Source: an uncultured Candidatus Binatia bacterium
GTDB lineage: Bacteria; Desulfobacterota; Binatia; UBA9968; JAJDTQ01
Direction of reading: 5' to 3'
Length of the DNA stretch: 64,000 bases
NCBI GenBank assembly: GCA_965213675.1
Contig: OZ243916.1
Coordinates: forward strand, 2,304,001 to 2,368,000
Each line of letters starts with the position of its first letter. Position 1 is the first letter of the stretch. The notes beneath the pieces are model-generated. The model ran no database searches and was not told the DNA's origin. It was given only the letters and a program-made list of their open reading frames with translations. Shown here in pieces: positions 9,800-19,093 of the stretch. Position numbers and translations under genes: made by a program.

Positions 9800-10103
9800 C
9801 GAGTCAGCCCTCCTCAAAGGGCGCTGGGTATAGCGCGGCGGCGGTTGTGGAGGGCAGGTCTTCCAGGTTCGCCACTGGGGTAGGCATGACGAGCGCCTCC
9901 TGCACCACGTTCGTGGCGAGGCCGGTGAAGGTCAGAGTCGGGTCACTTCCCGCACCGTGTTTGCGAGCGAATCATCTTGTCTTTCAAGGGACGAGTTGTA
10001 TTTCTTTGTTTTCAGCCAATTGCGGGCGGCAGGACAAACCTTACACGGCCAAGTTTCAAACCCGCCAGTGTCCAATCGCGCCGAGACGTGTCTCCAACCC
10101 CCC

Positions 10104-10742
10104 CTACGCCGCGAACGACGCCTGTGTTTCCTTCTCGAAGGCCAGTAGCTTCTGGACGCTGGGGCGGGTCTGCATGCGCGCGAAATGCGCGCGCACGTTG
10201 GGATAGGGCTCCAGGTCGATGTCGAACTGGGTGCTGCGGCGTACGCACCAGAAGAAATGCGCGTCCGGCGCGGTGAAGTGATCGAAGAAGTACTCGCGCC
10301 CGTCCAGCATGGACTCGGCGATTCCGTTGGTCTCGGCCAGGAACTCGGCGGCGATGCGGGACACGCTCTCCACGCTGTCCGCCGCGTCGCACACCTTGGC
10401 CGGCGAGTTGATGCGGCTCAGATAAGGGTGGATGCCCGATGCGCACCACGACATGATCGAGATCGCCCTGACCTCATCCCAAGGATCCGACGGCAGCAGC
10501 CTGGCCTCCGGGAAGCGCCGCGCGATCCACACCTGAATGGCCACGTTCTCCGTCAGGGTTTTCCCGTCCACCATCAGAAGCGGCACCTTGTGCTTGGGAT
10601 TGAGCTTCATGTACTCCTCGGTGCGGTTCTGCCCCGCCCGGAAGTTCAACGCCTTGACTTCGAAGTCCGCCCCCGCCTCGGTCAACGTGATGTAGGGCGC
10701 CATCGCGCAGGTGATGGGCGCGTAATACAACTGGATGCTCAT
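10104..10742 (-). CDS. Glutathione S-transferase family protein
   Basis: NPKHKVPLL and LTENVAI motifs, 212 aa, GGAGG RBS. Confidence 0.9.
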   Translation of the reverse strand: MSIQLYYAPITCAMAPYITLTEAGADFEVKALNFRAGQNRTEEYMKLNPKHKVPLLMVDGKTLTENVAIQVWIARRFPEARLLPSDPWDEVRAISIMSWCASGIHPYLSRINSPAKVCDAADSVESVSRIAAEFLAETNGIAESMLDGREYFFDHFTAPDAHFFWCVRRSTQFDIDLEPYPNVRAHFARMQTRPSVQKLLAFEKETQASFAA

Positions 10743-10779
10743 GGGTACCTCCGTGTGGTTGGCGACGAGGGTAAGTGCG

Positions 10780-10866
10780 TGGTGCCGGAGGGGGGACTCG
10801 AACCCCCACAGGGTTGCCCCTACTGGATTTTGAGTCCAGCGCGTCTACCAATTCCACCACTCCGGC
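10780..10866 (-). tRNA. tRNA-Leu(CAA)
   Basis: Cloverleaf GCCGGAG..CTGGA-CTCAAAA-TCCAG, long variable arm, GTTCGAG T-loop, encoded CCA. Confidence 0.97.
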
Positions 10867-10919
10867 ACGGAGTGAACCTGACCAGGAGCTTGCGCCGCAG
10901 GACTTCACGGCTGCAAATC

Positions 10920-11004
10920 CGCTCTCATCCGTCCCTTCGGCCGCTCGATCTCGTCAAACATGACCTGATATTCTCCTCGATCGGCCGAAGGGACGGCGAT
11001 AGCG
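10920..11004. repeat. Long imperfect inverted repeat upstream of tRNA-Leu
   Basis: CCGTCCCTTCGGCCGCTCGA ... TCGATCGGCCGAAGGGACGG. Confidence 0.6.
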
Positions 11005-11040
11005 AATTTTCGCCTTCGCCAATTACTGCGGAGCAGGCTC

Positions 11041-11205
11041 CTGGTGTCGTGTCCCACGTAAATCTTGACAAGGATGCACAGGATTTTTCGTTGCCGGCAA
11101 GGCGCGATGACGAGCCATGGCTGTTACCAAGCGAGGAAGAGCAACGCAGCCGACGACGAAAAAGACCCGCAGATTTGCCAACATTTACGCGGGACACGAC
11201 ACTAG
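11041..11205 (+). mobile_element. MITE/ERIC-like repeat, copy 1 (165 bp)
   Basis: Terminal inverted repeats CTGGTGTCGTGTCCCACGTAAAT / ATTTACGCGGGACACGACACTAG; core GTTGCCGGCAAGGCGCGATGACGAGC..GCGAGGAAG..ACGCAGCCGAC shared with other copies. Confidence 0.85.
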
Positions 11206-11233
11206 CTTATGGCGGAAGTGACGTCAAGGTGCG

Positions 11234-11497
11234 TCACGCCTCGGCAAGTCCCGCCAATGGTATCGCCTGCTCCACCAACATGACGGGGATGTCCTCGCGG
11301 ACGGCGTAGAGGTAGCGGCCGTCCGCGCGAACGAGACCGCCGTCGATGGGTTCGGTCACCCTGTCGCCGGCGCGGTTGCGCAGTTGCCCGCCTTCGATCT
11401 TCCGATTGACGGTAGCGACGAGCGCCTCGTCCGCCAGCGAAACCGCCTCGTGGGTTTCGGGACATGCCAGGATGTTGAGCAATTTCTCATCAATCAC
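11234..11497 (-). CDS. Trm112-like family protein
   Basis: LLNILACP N-terminus and Y.VREDIPVML C-terminus; GGAGG RBS before GTG. Confidence 0.85.
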   Translation of the reverse strand: MIDEKLLNILACPETHEAVSLADEALVATVNRKIEGGQLRNRAGDRVTEPIDGGLVRADGRYLYAVREDIPVMLVEQAIPLAGLAEA

Positions 11498-11595
11498 GCC
11501 TGCCTCCAGTCACGCCCGGTTGGACGCTCAATTAATATTTCTCGCCGGCCCGCGGGTGTCAAACAGATCGCCGGCGCCCGCTGCCCCCGCCTGCC

Positions 11596-11700
11596 TGGAT
11601 TCCCGCTTCCGCGGGAATGACACATCCGTGGGACCGATTTCGTCCCCGCCCATGTCGCCCGAAAGCCGACATGGACGATTCCCCCTTTCGCGGCAACGAC
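11596..11700. repeat. REP-like palindromes (GGATTCCCGC..GCGGGAATGAC type) plus hairpin
   Basis: TGGATTCCCGCTTCCGCGGGAATGAC at 11596-11621, hairpin CCATGTCG..CGACATGG, degenerate second copy at 11677-11700. Confidence 0.6.
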
Positions 11701-11785
11701 GGTTCGGCCCGTGGACGCGCGCGCCGTCCACGCGTTTGATGCGACGGGGCCCCTTGGCTATGTTGCCGTGTGGAGGTGGCCAACC

Positions 11786-13363
11786 ATGAACGGGACTTTC
11801 AGGGAGTACATCGAACTGCTGCGGGAGCACGACGAGCTGCTTGACATTCGCAAGCCGGTGGATCTGCGGGACGTCGCAGCGCTCACCGCGCAGAGCGACC
11901 CGGCGCTGCTGTTTCACAATCCCGTGGGCTACTCCATCCCGGTGGCCTGCGGGCTGCTGCAGAAGCGGGAACGGCTGGGCCTCGCCATGGACGCTCCCTA
12001 CCCGGAGATCCACAAGCGCTTCCAGTTCGCCATGTCCAACTCCATCGACCCGGTGATGGTGGACGACGCTCCAGCCAAGGAATGCATCCGGCAAGGCGAC
12101 GACGTGGACCTGTTCAAGCTGCCGGTGCCGATCTTCTCCACCCTGGACGGCGCGCCCATGATCACGGCCGCGGTCGTCATCGCCCAAGACCCCGAGTACG
12201 GCATGAACGCCGGCGTCTACCGGCTCATGCTCAAGGAGCGGAACGTCACCGGCATCGACATCGTGACACCCAACAACCTGCACCGCTTCGTGCAGCGGGC
12301 GCTGGCCGAGAACCGGCCGCTGCCCATCTCCATGTCCATCGGGGTGCATCCGAGGGAGCTCATGGGGGCGCTCTTCAAGGCATCCCTGGGTACCAACGAA
12401 CTGGGTTTCGCTGGCGGCCTCGGCGGGCGGCCGGTGGAGCTGACCCCCGGCGTGGCTACACCGGTTCCGTTCATCGCGGGCTCGGAGATCGTCCTGGAAG
12501 GCGAGATCCCGCCCGAGGGCTGGATTCATCCCGAAGGCCCCTTCGGCGAGTTCTCGCGCCTGGTGGGAGGCACCCACCGCAACCCCAACGTCCACGTGAA
12601 GTCGGTGCTGCACCGGCGCGATCCGATCTATTACGCCTTGCACATGCCATGGGAGAACCTGTGGATGAGCGCGCCCATCTACGAGGCCGCGGCCTGGCGC
12701 GTGCTGGCAGAGACGGGCGTACAGGTCACCGCCATCAACGTCACGCCCGGCGGCTGCTGCCACTGGCACATCGTGGCGTCCATCAAGAAGAGCCCGGGGG
12801 ACGGCAAGAACGCCATCGCCGCGCTGCTGTCCATCGCCGATATCAAGTACGTGGTGGTCACCGACGACGACATCGACATCTTCGACCCCGTGGAAGTGGA
12901 GTGGGCCATCGCCACCCGCGTGCAGGCGGACCGGGACACCGTGATCCTCTCCAACGCCCGCTCCAAGCCCCTGGACCCATCCATTCCGCCCAGCGCCAAC
13001 GGGGTCCCCACCACCGCCAAGATGGGCATCGACGCCACCATACCCGAGAACGTGCCGCGCTACCGCTACAACCGCATCATCTACCACAACCAGGGCAAGG
13101 CCGTGCTTGACGACTACCTGAGCGAATCCCCGGCCGCGCCGCAGCCGGCGGCGGCGGACGACGACGCCATCCAACGGCTGGCGCAACGAACCCTGGACAT
13201 GCTGCGCGAAAAGCGGCTTACCTTCAGCGAGTTGCTGGACGCCTTCCCGGATCAGGCATTCGCCACGGTCATGGCGCTGGTGGGACGCCTCAACGAAGGC
13301 AGGCAGATCACCCTGGACGAAGAGGGGAAGTACATGCCGGCGGAGGATGCACCAGAGGCCTGA
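11786..13363 (+). CDS. UbiD family (prFMN-dependent) decarboxylase
   Basis: NAGVYRL, EIVLEG, EGPFGE, VTDDDIDI, WAIATR and KMGIDAT motifs; GGAGG RBS before ATG 11786. Confidence 0.92.
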   Translation: MNGTFREYIELLREHDELLDIRKPVDLRDVAALTAQSDPALLFHNPVGYSIPVACGLLQKRERLGLAMDAPYPEIHKRFQFAMSNSIDPVMVDDAPAKECIRQGDDVDLFKLPVPIFSTLDGAPMITAAVVIAQDPEYGMNAGVYRLMLKERNVTGIDIVTPNNLHRFVQRALAENRPLPISMSIGVHPRELMGALFKASLGTNELGFAGGLGGRPVELTPGVATPVPFIAGSEIVLEGEIPPEGWIHPEGPFGEFSRLVGGTHRNPNVHVKSVLHRRDPIYYALHMPWENLWMSAPIYEAAAWRVLAETGVQVTAINVTPGGCCHWHIVASIKKSPGDGKNAIAALLSIADIKYVVVTDDDIDIFDPVEVEWAIATRVQADRDTVILSNARSKPLDPSIPPSANGVPTTAKMGIDATIPENVPRYRYNRIIYHNQGKAVLDDYLSESPAAPQPAAADDDAIQRLAQRTLDMLREKRLTFSELLDAFPDQAFATVMALVGRLNEGRQITLDEEGKYMPAEDAPEA

Positions 13364-13516
13364 GCCGGAAGACAGTCCAAGAGCCTGGCGGGATCACGAG
13401 GTCTCTGCGGGGACCCGTGCAGGGAGACGCCACACCCGGGCGCGCATACCGGTTCCAGACGGATCCGTGTCCGGTTGCGCGGGCGCTTGTGGATCGGGAC
13501 CGAAAGGAGAAGGATC

Positions 13517-14140
13517 GTGTCGGCAGAACTCGTTTTCTACACCCACCCCATGTCGCGCGGGCGCATCGTGCGCTGGATGCTGGAGGAGTTGCGCGTCCCC
13601 TACCGCACCGAGAGGGTGGAGTACGGCCCGATGATGAAGGCGCCGGAGTACCTGGCCATCAACCCCATGGGCAAGGTGCCCGCCATCCGCCATGGCGACA
13701 CCGTGGTCACCGAGTGCGCCGGCATCTGCGCCTATCTCGCCGATGCCTTCCCCGACGCCGGGCTGGCGCCTCCGGCCGGACAGCGCGGTGCCTACTTCCG
13801 CTGGCTGTTCTTCGCCGCCGGCCCGTTGGAGGCGGCGGTCACCGGCCGCATGTTCGGTTTCGCGGTGCCAGCGGACAAGGAATCCATGGTGGGCTACGGC
13901 AACTACGCCACGGTGATGAACGCGCTGGAGACGGCGGTGGCGGGCGACGGTTATGTCGCGGGCCATGCCTTTTCGGCCGCCGACGTGTACGTCGGATCGC
14001 ACATCGGTTGGGGCATGCAGTACGACACCGTCGAGAAACGCCCGGCCTTCGAAGCGTACTGGTCGCGGCTCAGCGCGCGCGAGGCCTATCAGCGCGCCAA
14101 CGCCATCGACGATGCGGCGGCTTCGGCCGACAACGCGTAA
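13517..14140 (+). CDS. Glutathione S-transferase family protein
   Basis: PMSRGRIVRWMLEE, NPMGKVPAI, TECAGIC; AGGAG RBS before GTG 13517. Confidence 0.9.
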   Translation: MSAELVFYTHPMSRGRIVRWMLEELRVPYRTERVEYGPMMKAPEYLAINPMGKVPAIRHGDTVVTECAGICAYLADAFPDAGLAPPAGQRGAYFRWLFFAAGPLEAAVTGRMFGFAVPADKESMVGYGNYATVMNALETAVAGDGYVAGHAFSAADVYVGSHIGWGMQYDTVEKRPAFEAYWSRLSAREAYQRANAIDDAAASADNA

Positions 14141-14244
14141 CGCCGGGGGTACCGCCCCACACTCACACGAGCAGCCCGTCACGTCCGCGCCCGCGCCGTC
14201 AGCATCGAGACGGGCAGGCTCATGGGCCCCTCCTGAATCCGGTT

Positions 14245-14907
14245 CTAATGGATGCCCGTGATCTTCACGCTGGCGTGCTTCGACTTGTAGCGACGATTGA
14301 GGGCGATGAGCACGCCGGTCAACCCCTCCACCACGTAGGCGTTGGAAGCCGGTCCGGCGTCCAGGCCGGTGGCGCCGATGCGCTCCAACAGCTCGATGAC
14401 GCGCCCCTTGGCTTCCCGATTGTCGCCGCACACCAGCACGTCGCCCAGGGGCTCGTCCGGGGCGCTGAGGTCCAGCGCCGAGATGTTGTGCAGCGCGCCG
14501 ATGACCGGGGTGTCGTCGCCCAGGATCTTCTGCGCCTCCAGCAGCGCCGAACCCGCTTCCGGCACGAACGGCCGACCCTTGAGCAGCGGCACCACCGCGT
14601 CGATGACGATCTTGCCGCGCAGTTCGTCCGCCAGATCGGCCACCATCTTCTCCTGTCCCTCGTAGGGGACCGAGATGACCGCCAGCTCCGCTTCGCGGAC
14701 TGCGTCGGCGTTGAGCATGCCTTCGACAAAGGAAGTGCCCAGCCTCTCGTTCAAATCCCGGGCTGCATCCGCGCCGCGCTGGGCGTCGCGTGAGCCGATC
14801 AGAACCCGCACACCGGGCCGCGCCAAGCGTCCCGCCAAGCCCATTCCGAGACTTCCGGTCCCTCCAACGATTGCAATTGAAATGGAATCTTGCATGGGGT
14901 GGCTCAT
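14245..14907 (-). CDS. npdG: NADPH-dependent F420 reductase (F420H2:NADP+ oxidoreductase)
   Basis: GGTGSLG Rossmann motif, IGSR, GSA, ALHNISA, DVLVCGD, VEGLT; lies in the cof operon; true start may be ATG 14895. Confidence 0.9.
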   Translation of the reverse strand: MSHPMQDSISIAIVGGTGSLGMGLAGRLARPGVRVLIGSRDAQRGADAARDLNERLGTSFVEGMLNADAVREAELAVISVPYEGQEKMVADLADELRGKIVIDAVVPLLKGRPFVPEAGSALLEAQKILGDDTPVIGALHNISALDLSAPDEPLGDVLVCGDNREAKGRVIELLERIGATGLDAGPASNAYVVEGLTGVLIALNRRYKSKHASVKITGIH

Positions 14908-14999
14908 AGCATGTTCGCGCCGGATGCGACAAATCCGCTCTGGACAGGTTCACTTGCAAGGCTGCCTTCCGACTTCGCTCGGCGGACGCGGAGTTGTGC

Positions 15000-15029
15000 C
15001 CGGGAGCCTGCGCCGCAGGCTCCCGGCGC
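15000..15029. repeat. REP-like palindrome GGGAGCCTGCGnCGCAGGCTCCC
   Basis: CCGGGAGCCTGCGCCGCAGGCTCCCGG; related copies near 10881-10905, 51115-51135 and 56211-56233. Confidence 0.6.
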
Positions 15030-15147
15030 GAACGGACGGGGAGCGCTCCCCTGAAGGCTTCGGCAAGCTCAAGACAGGCTTTGGGGAACGCGGGGAGCGC
15101 GGGGGGGCGCGGGCGCAGCGCCGGTCCCATGCACTTCCGCTGAAGTG

Positions 15148-15912
15148 CTACGGGCCGCCGCGGAACAGATCGTCTTCCGCCGGACGAATCAGCTCCCGCG
15201 CCGAGCCCTCGCCGGGCGGCAAATCCAGGCCGCGGACGACGACGGCGGGCACCCCGCTCGTCTTTCCCATGACCAGCTCAGCGGCGCTGGCGATCTGGTC
15301 GGCCACGGCGGTGACCGAGGCCTTGAGCTCGTATCCGTACGGGTCCGTGCCGCCGCGGTAGTCGATCAACGGGCCGAAGCCGGCAACGCCAATGGCCACA
15401 TCGGTGGTGCCCAAGCGCCAGGGGCGTCCGAAGGTGTCCGTGATGACGACGCCCACGGTCTTCCCGGCGAGCCGCCGCACTTCCTCACGGATGCGGTGGG
15501 CGGAGCCGTCCGGATCCTCGGGCAGCAGTAGCGCACGGCCCGCGCCCACGTTGGACAGGTCGATGCCCGCGTTGGCGCAAACGAAGCCGTGGTGGGTTTC
15601 AACAACGATGGTGCTGCGTCCCTTGGCGACGATGCGGCGGCTCTCTCCCAGGATCAGTTCCACCAGGCGCGGGTCCTTGCCGTCGAGCTCCGCGGAGAGC
15701 CGCAGGGCCTCCGCCGACGGTGTCACCGCCTGCAGATCCACCACGCGTCCTTCCGACTTGGACACGATCTTCTGCGCCAGTACCAGCACGTCGCCGTCCA
15801 GCAGCGACAGTACGCGGCGCGCGCACGCATCCAACACCAACCGCCCCAACGGGTCGCCTGGTCCGACCTCGCCCAGTCCCTCCACAGCGATGATATCGAG
15901 GTGGCGCATCAC
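15148..15912 (-). CDS. cofE: Coenzyme F420-0:L-glutamate ligase
   Basis: KIVSKSEGR, ANAGIDLSN, LLPEDPD, DTFGRPWR, DLFR motifs. Confidence 0.93.
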   Translation of the reverse strand: MMRHLDIIAVEGLGEVGPGDPLGRLVLDACARRVLSLLDGDVLVLAQKIVSKSEGRVVDLQAVTPSAEALRLSAELDGKDPRLVELILGESRRIVAKGRSTIVVETHHGFVCANAGIDLSNVGAGRALLLPEDPDGSAHRIREEVRRLAGKTVGVVITDTFGRPWRLGTTDVAIGVAGFGPLIDYRGGTDPYGYELKASVTAVADQIASAAELVMGKTSGVPAVVVRGLDLPPGEGSARELIRPAEDDLFRGGP

Positions 15913-15946
15913 GTTCTGCCGCGCGCGGCCCTACGAAACGGACAAC

Positions 15947-16624
15947 TCAACTGGCTCGGGCGAAGAAGCCACTGCCGCTGTCCCGCATGGCGGCGAGGCG
16001 GTCACGGGTGCGACCGCGCCCCAGGCAGGGGATGAGTTTCTGCAGATCGACGGGTTCGTCGACATCCAGCGCGATGCGCGTGTTCTCCAGGACGTTGACC
16101 GAGGCCCCGCGGGCGGCAGCCTCGTTCAAGTGGTAGCGGAAACTGTCGTAACCGAAGCGGAGCCGCAGGATGTCGGGCGGCGACAGCAACAGCGCGTTGG
16201 TGCCCATGCGGTCGTGGGAGGGGACCAGCACGGCGAACGCGGAAGCGGGACCCGCGGGCGCGGCGTGGACCACGGACTCCACGTCCGCGGCGCGCAACAG
16301 CGGAATGTCCCCCGGTATGACCAGGGCGGCGTCCATGCCCGCCTCCTTCATGACGTCCAGCGCGAAGTGTACCGCATCGGTCTCACCGGTCTCATTCTGT
16401 TCCCGGATCACCGCTACGTCGAAGGGCGAAACCCAGCGCGCCACCTCGGCGGAGCCCGTGACCACGTAGGTCCGGTGAATGCCGTCGGCCTGAGTCACAC
16501 CGGTCAGCACGTCGTGCACCATGGCCTTCATCAACTCCGAGCGTTCGAACAGGCTGAGCCGCGGCGACAGCCGTTGCTTGGCCCCGTGGAACCCCTTGAC
16601 CGGAATGAGCGCGCCAATCTTCAT
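15947..16624 (-). CDS. cofC: 2-phospho-L-lactate/PEP guanylyltransferase
   Basis: LIPVK..AKQRL, PGDIPL, GTNALL, FGYDSF..H, DVDEPVDL; start set at MKIGALIP because the upstream in-frame extension lies inside the MITE. Confidence 0.9.
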   Translation of the reverse strand: MKIGALIPVKGFHGAKQRLSPRLSLFERSELMKAMVHDVLTGVTQADGIHRTYVVTGSAEVARWVSPFDVAVIREQNETGETDAVHFALDVMKEAGMDAALVIPGDIPLLRAADVESVVHAAPAGPASAFAVLVPSHDRMGTNALLLSPPDILRLRFGYDSFRYHLNEAAARGASVNVLENTRIALDVDEPVDLQKLIPCLGRGRTRDRLAAMRDSGSGFFARAS

Positions 16625-16640
16625 GATGGAGTAGAAGTGC

Positions 16641-16806
16641 CTGGTGTCGTGTCCCGTAAATTCCTGCGACAAGTTGCGCAGGATTTTTTTGTTGCCGGCA
16701 AGGCGCGATGACGAGCAGTGGCGGGCACCCCGCGAGGAAGGTCCACGCAGCCGACGGCGAAAAAGATCCGCAGATTATGACACGAATTAACCAGACACCA
16801 CACTAG
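16641..16806 (+). mobile_element. MITE/ERIC-like repeat, copy 2 (chimeric ends) between cofD and cofC
   Basis: Left end CTGGTGTCGTGTCCCGTAAATT, shared core, right end ATTAACCAGACACCACACTAG identical to the copy 4 end. Confidence 0.85.
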
Positions 16807-17785
16807 ACAGCAGTTCCCGTGCCAGCCGCTTCTTGTCTTCCAGGGTGTCCATGCGGATGGACGTGGCAAGCATGTGGACGCCAAGGCGCTCGATGGCGGG
16901 CTGCAATTTCCGGTCTTCGGTATCGACCACCAGCACATCGACAAAATCCCGATAGGCCTCCGCGAGCCCGGTGACGGACGCCTCCACGCCCAGCGTCGCC
17001 ATGAGCTTGTGTGCCGGGCCGCTAAAGGAGCGGCCCTGCACCATGGGACTCACGGCCACCACCTTGCCAGGCGTATCGCGCAGGGCCTGGCGCACGCCGG
17101 GCACCGCCAGAATGGGGCCGATGCTGGTGGCGGGGTTGCTGGGGCAAACCACCACCAGGGTGGCATGGCCGATGGCTTCGAGCATGCCCGGCGCGGGGCG
17201 GCTTTCCTCGATCCCCTGGTAGCGCAGGCTCAGGACCTCCGGCTGCCAGCGCGCCTTGACGAAGTATTCCTGAAAGGAGACCTCCCCGGCCGGCGTGGCC
17301 AGCCGCGTCTCCACCCGCTGGTCGGACATGGGCAGCACGGCGGCGCGCACCCCCAGCGCGCGGCACAGCATGGCGGTGACTTGGGACAACGGCTGACCCT
17401 GGGACAGGAGGCGCGTGCGCGTCAGGTGGGTGGCGATGTCCCGGTCGCCCAGATGGAACCAGGTTTCGTTGCCAAGCCGTTGGAGCTGGTCCAGCACGGT
17501 GAAAGTATCGTCCCGCACGCCCCAGCCCTTGGCCGGGTCGATGAGGCCGGCGAGGGTGTAGACGATAGTATCGACGTCGGGGGATACGTGGAGGCCATGC
17601 ACTAGCGCGTCGTCACCGGTGTTGCACAGCACCACCAGGTCTTCGGCGGCCGCCTCCTCGTGAAAGCCCAGCACGAGCTTGGCCCCACCGGTGCCTCCGG
17701 TAAGAAGCACATGTGTTCCGGCGCTGGGTTTCGTGGACAATTCCGGCGGTCTCTCCCGAGCGTCCCGCTCTTCCTGGTGCGGCAC
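16787..17785 (-). CDS. cofD: 2-phospho-L-lactate transferase
   Basis: GGTGGAKL, NTGDD, SPDVDT, WFHLGDRD, FQEYFV, PSNP.TSIGPIL. Confidence 0.93.
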   Translation of the reverse strand: MPHQEERDARERPPELSTKPSAGTHVLLTGGTGGAKLVLGFHEEAAAEDLVVLCNTGDDALVHGLHVSPDVDTIVYTLAGLIDPAKGWGVRDDTFTVLDQLQRLGNETWFHLGDRDIATHLTRTRLLSQGQPLSQVTAMLCRALGVRAAVLPMSDQRVETRLATPAGEVSFQEYFVKARWQPEVLSLRYQGIEESRPAPGMLEAIGHATLVVVCPSNPATSIGPILAVPGVRQALRDTPGKVVAVSPMVQGRSFSGPAHKLMATLGVEASVTGLAEAYRDFVDVLVVDTEDRKLQPAIERLGVHMLATSIRMDTLEDKKRLARELLSSVVSG

Positions 17786-17848
17786 TCGGCGGCGGCTTCG
17801 AAGCCGGCCGTGCCCGGCGCCACCCCCGCAAGGGACGGCGGGTATCCG

Positions 17849-19093
17849 TTACAGACCCACGACCTTCTGATCCGCTGCGCCGGCGGCGGCCGCGAACTCG
17901 CCCGCCAGGATCTCCGACTCGTCCTCCCAGGCGCGCAGGACCTCATAGCCCGTGGAACGCTCGGCCGGAATGCGGTCGATCTCGCGGATGAGCGAACGGA
18001 ACTCGTGGGGCCGGATCATCTGCCCTTCGGTGGAACCCGCCAGCCGCGAGATGCTTTCCTCCATGAGCGTGCCGCCAAAGTCGTTGGCGCCGGAGCGCAG
18101 GCAGTGTTGCGACATGCGCCGGCCCATCTTCACCCACGACACCTGCACGTTGGGAATGGTGTCGTTGAGCAGCACCCGCGCCAGCGCGTGTACGCGGATG
18201 TCCTCCTCCTCGGTGGGGCCGGGACGCGCCAAGCCCTGCTGAAAGAGCGCGGTGTTCTCGTGTACGAACCCCAGCGGGACGAATTCGGTGAACCCGCCCG
18301 TCTCCTTCTGGATGTCGCGCAGCAGCAGCATGTGGTTCACCCAGTGGCTGCCGTTTTCCCGGTGGCCGTACATCATGGTGGAGGTGGTGAAGATGCCCAC
18401 CTCGTGGGCGGTGCGGATGACCCGGAGCCACTGCTCGGTGCTGACCTTGTTCTTGGACAGCACCATGCGCACCTCGTCGTCGAGGATCTCCGCGGCCGTG
18501 CCCGGCACGCTGTCCAGACCCGCGTCCCTTAGCATGCGCAGGTAATCGGCCAGCTCCATGCCGGTGAGTTCCACCCCGTAGGTGATCTCCATGGGCGAGT
18601 AGGCGTGGATGTGGATGCCGGGAACGCGGGAGCGGATGGCCTGAAGCAGGTCGCGGTAGTAGAAGGGCGTCATGCCCCGGGGCAGGCCGCCCTGCATGCA
18701 GATCTCGGTGGCGCCGCGGTTCCACGCATCCTCGGCCTTGTCCGCCACGTCTTCCAGCGAGTGGTCCCAGCTTCCGGCCTTGTTGGGGCCGGTGTGAAAC
18801 GCGCAGAACTTGCAGCCGACGTAACAGACGTTGGTGAAGTTGATATTGCGGCACACCACGTAAGTGATCTGGTCGCCGACCTTGGCCTGGCGCATGAGAT
18901 CGGCGGTCGCCGCAAGGGCCGCCAGTTCGTCGCCGCTCACCTCTGACAGAACGAGCCCTTCCTCCCGCGTGACCTCGTGGCCCGCCAGGGCGCGCTCCAG
19001 AATCTGCGCGACGCGGCCCTCCACGCGGGGCAACAGCCGGTTCAGACGTCCAACCTCGTCGTCATGGTCGAACATCGCTTCGATGTGGCTCAT
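17849..19093 (-). CDS. cofH: FO synthase subunit 2 (radical SAM)
   Basis: NINFTNVCYVGCKFCAF, PGTAAEIL, TSTMMYGH, FTEFVPL, QVSWVK, GANDFGGTLMEE. Confidence 0.92.
   Translation of the reverse strand: MSHIEAMFDHDDEVGRLNRLLPRVEGRVAQILERALAGHEVTREEGLVLSEVSGDELAALAATADLMRQAKVGDQITYVVCRNINFTNVCYVGCKFCAFHTGPNKAGSWDHSLEDVADKAEDAWNRGATEICMQGGLPRGMTPFYYRDLLQAIRSRVPGIHIHAYSPMEITYGVELTGMELADYLRMLRDAGLDSVPGTAAEILDDEVRMVLSKNKVSTEQWLRVIRTAHEVGIFTTSTMMYGHRENGSHWVNHMLLLRDIQKETGGFTEFVPLGFVHENTALFQQGLARPGPTEEEDIRVHALARVLLNDTIPNVQVSWVKMGRRMSQHCLRSGANDFGGTLMEESISRLAGSTEGQMIRPHEFRSLIREIDRIPAERSTGYEVLRAWEDESEILAGEFAAAAGAADQKVVGL

Noticed and set aside
1580-10866. tRNA-Leu-anchored integrative element with att sites
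   Set aside because: No duplicate of the tRNA 3' end and no integrase seen in the window
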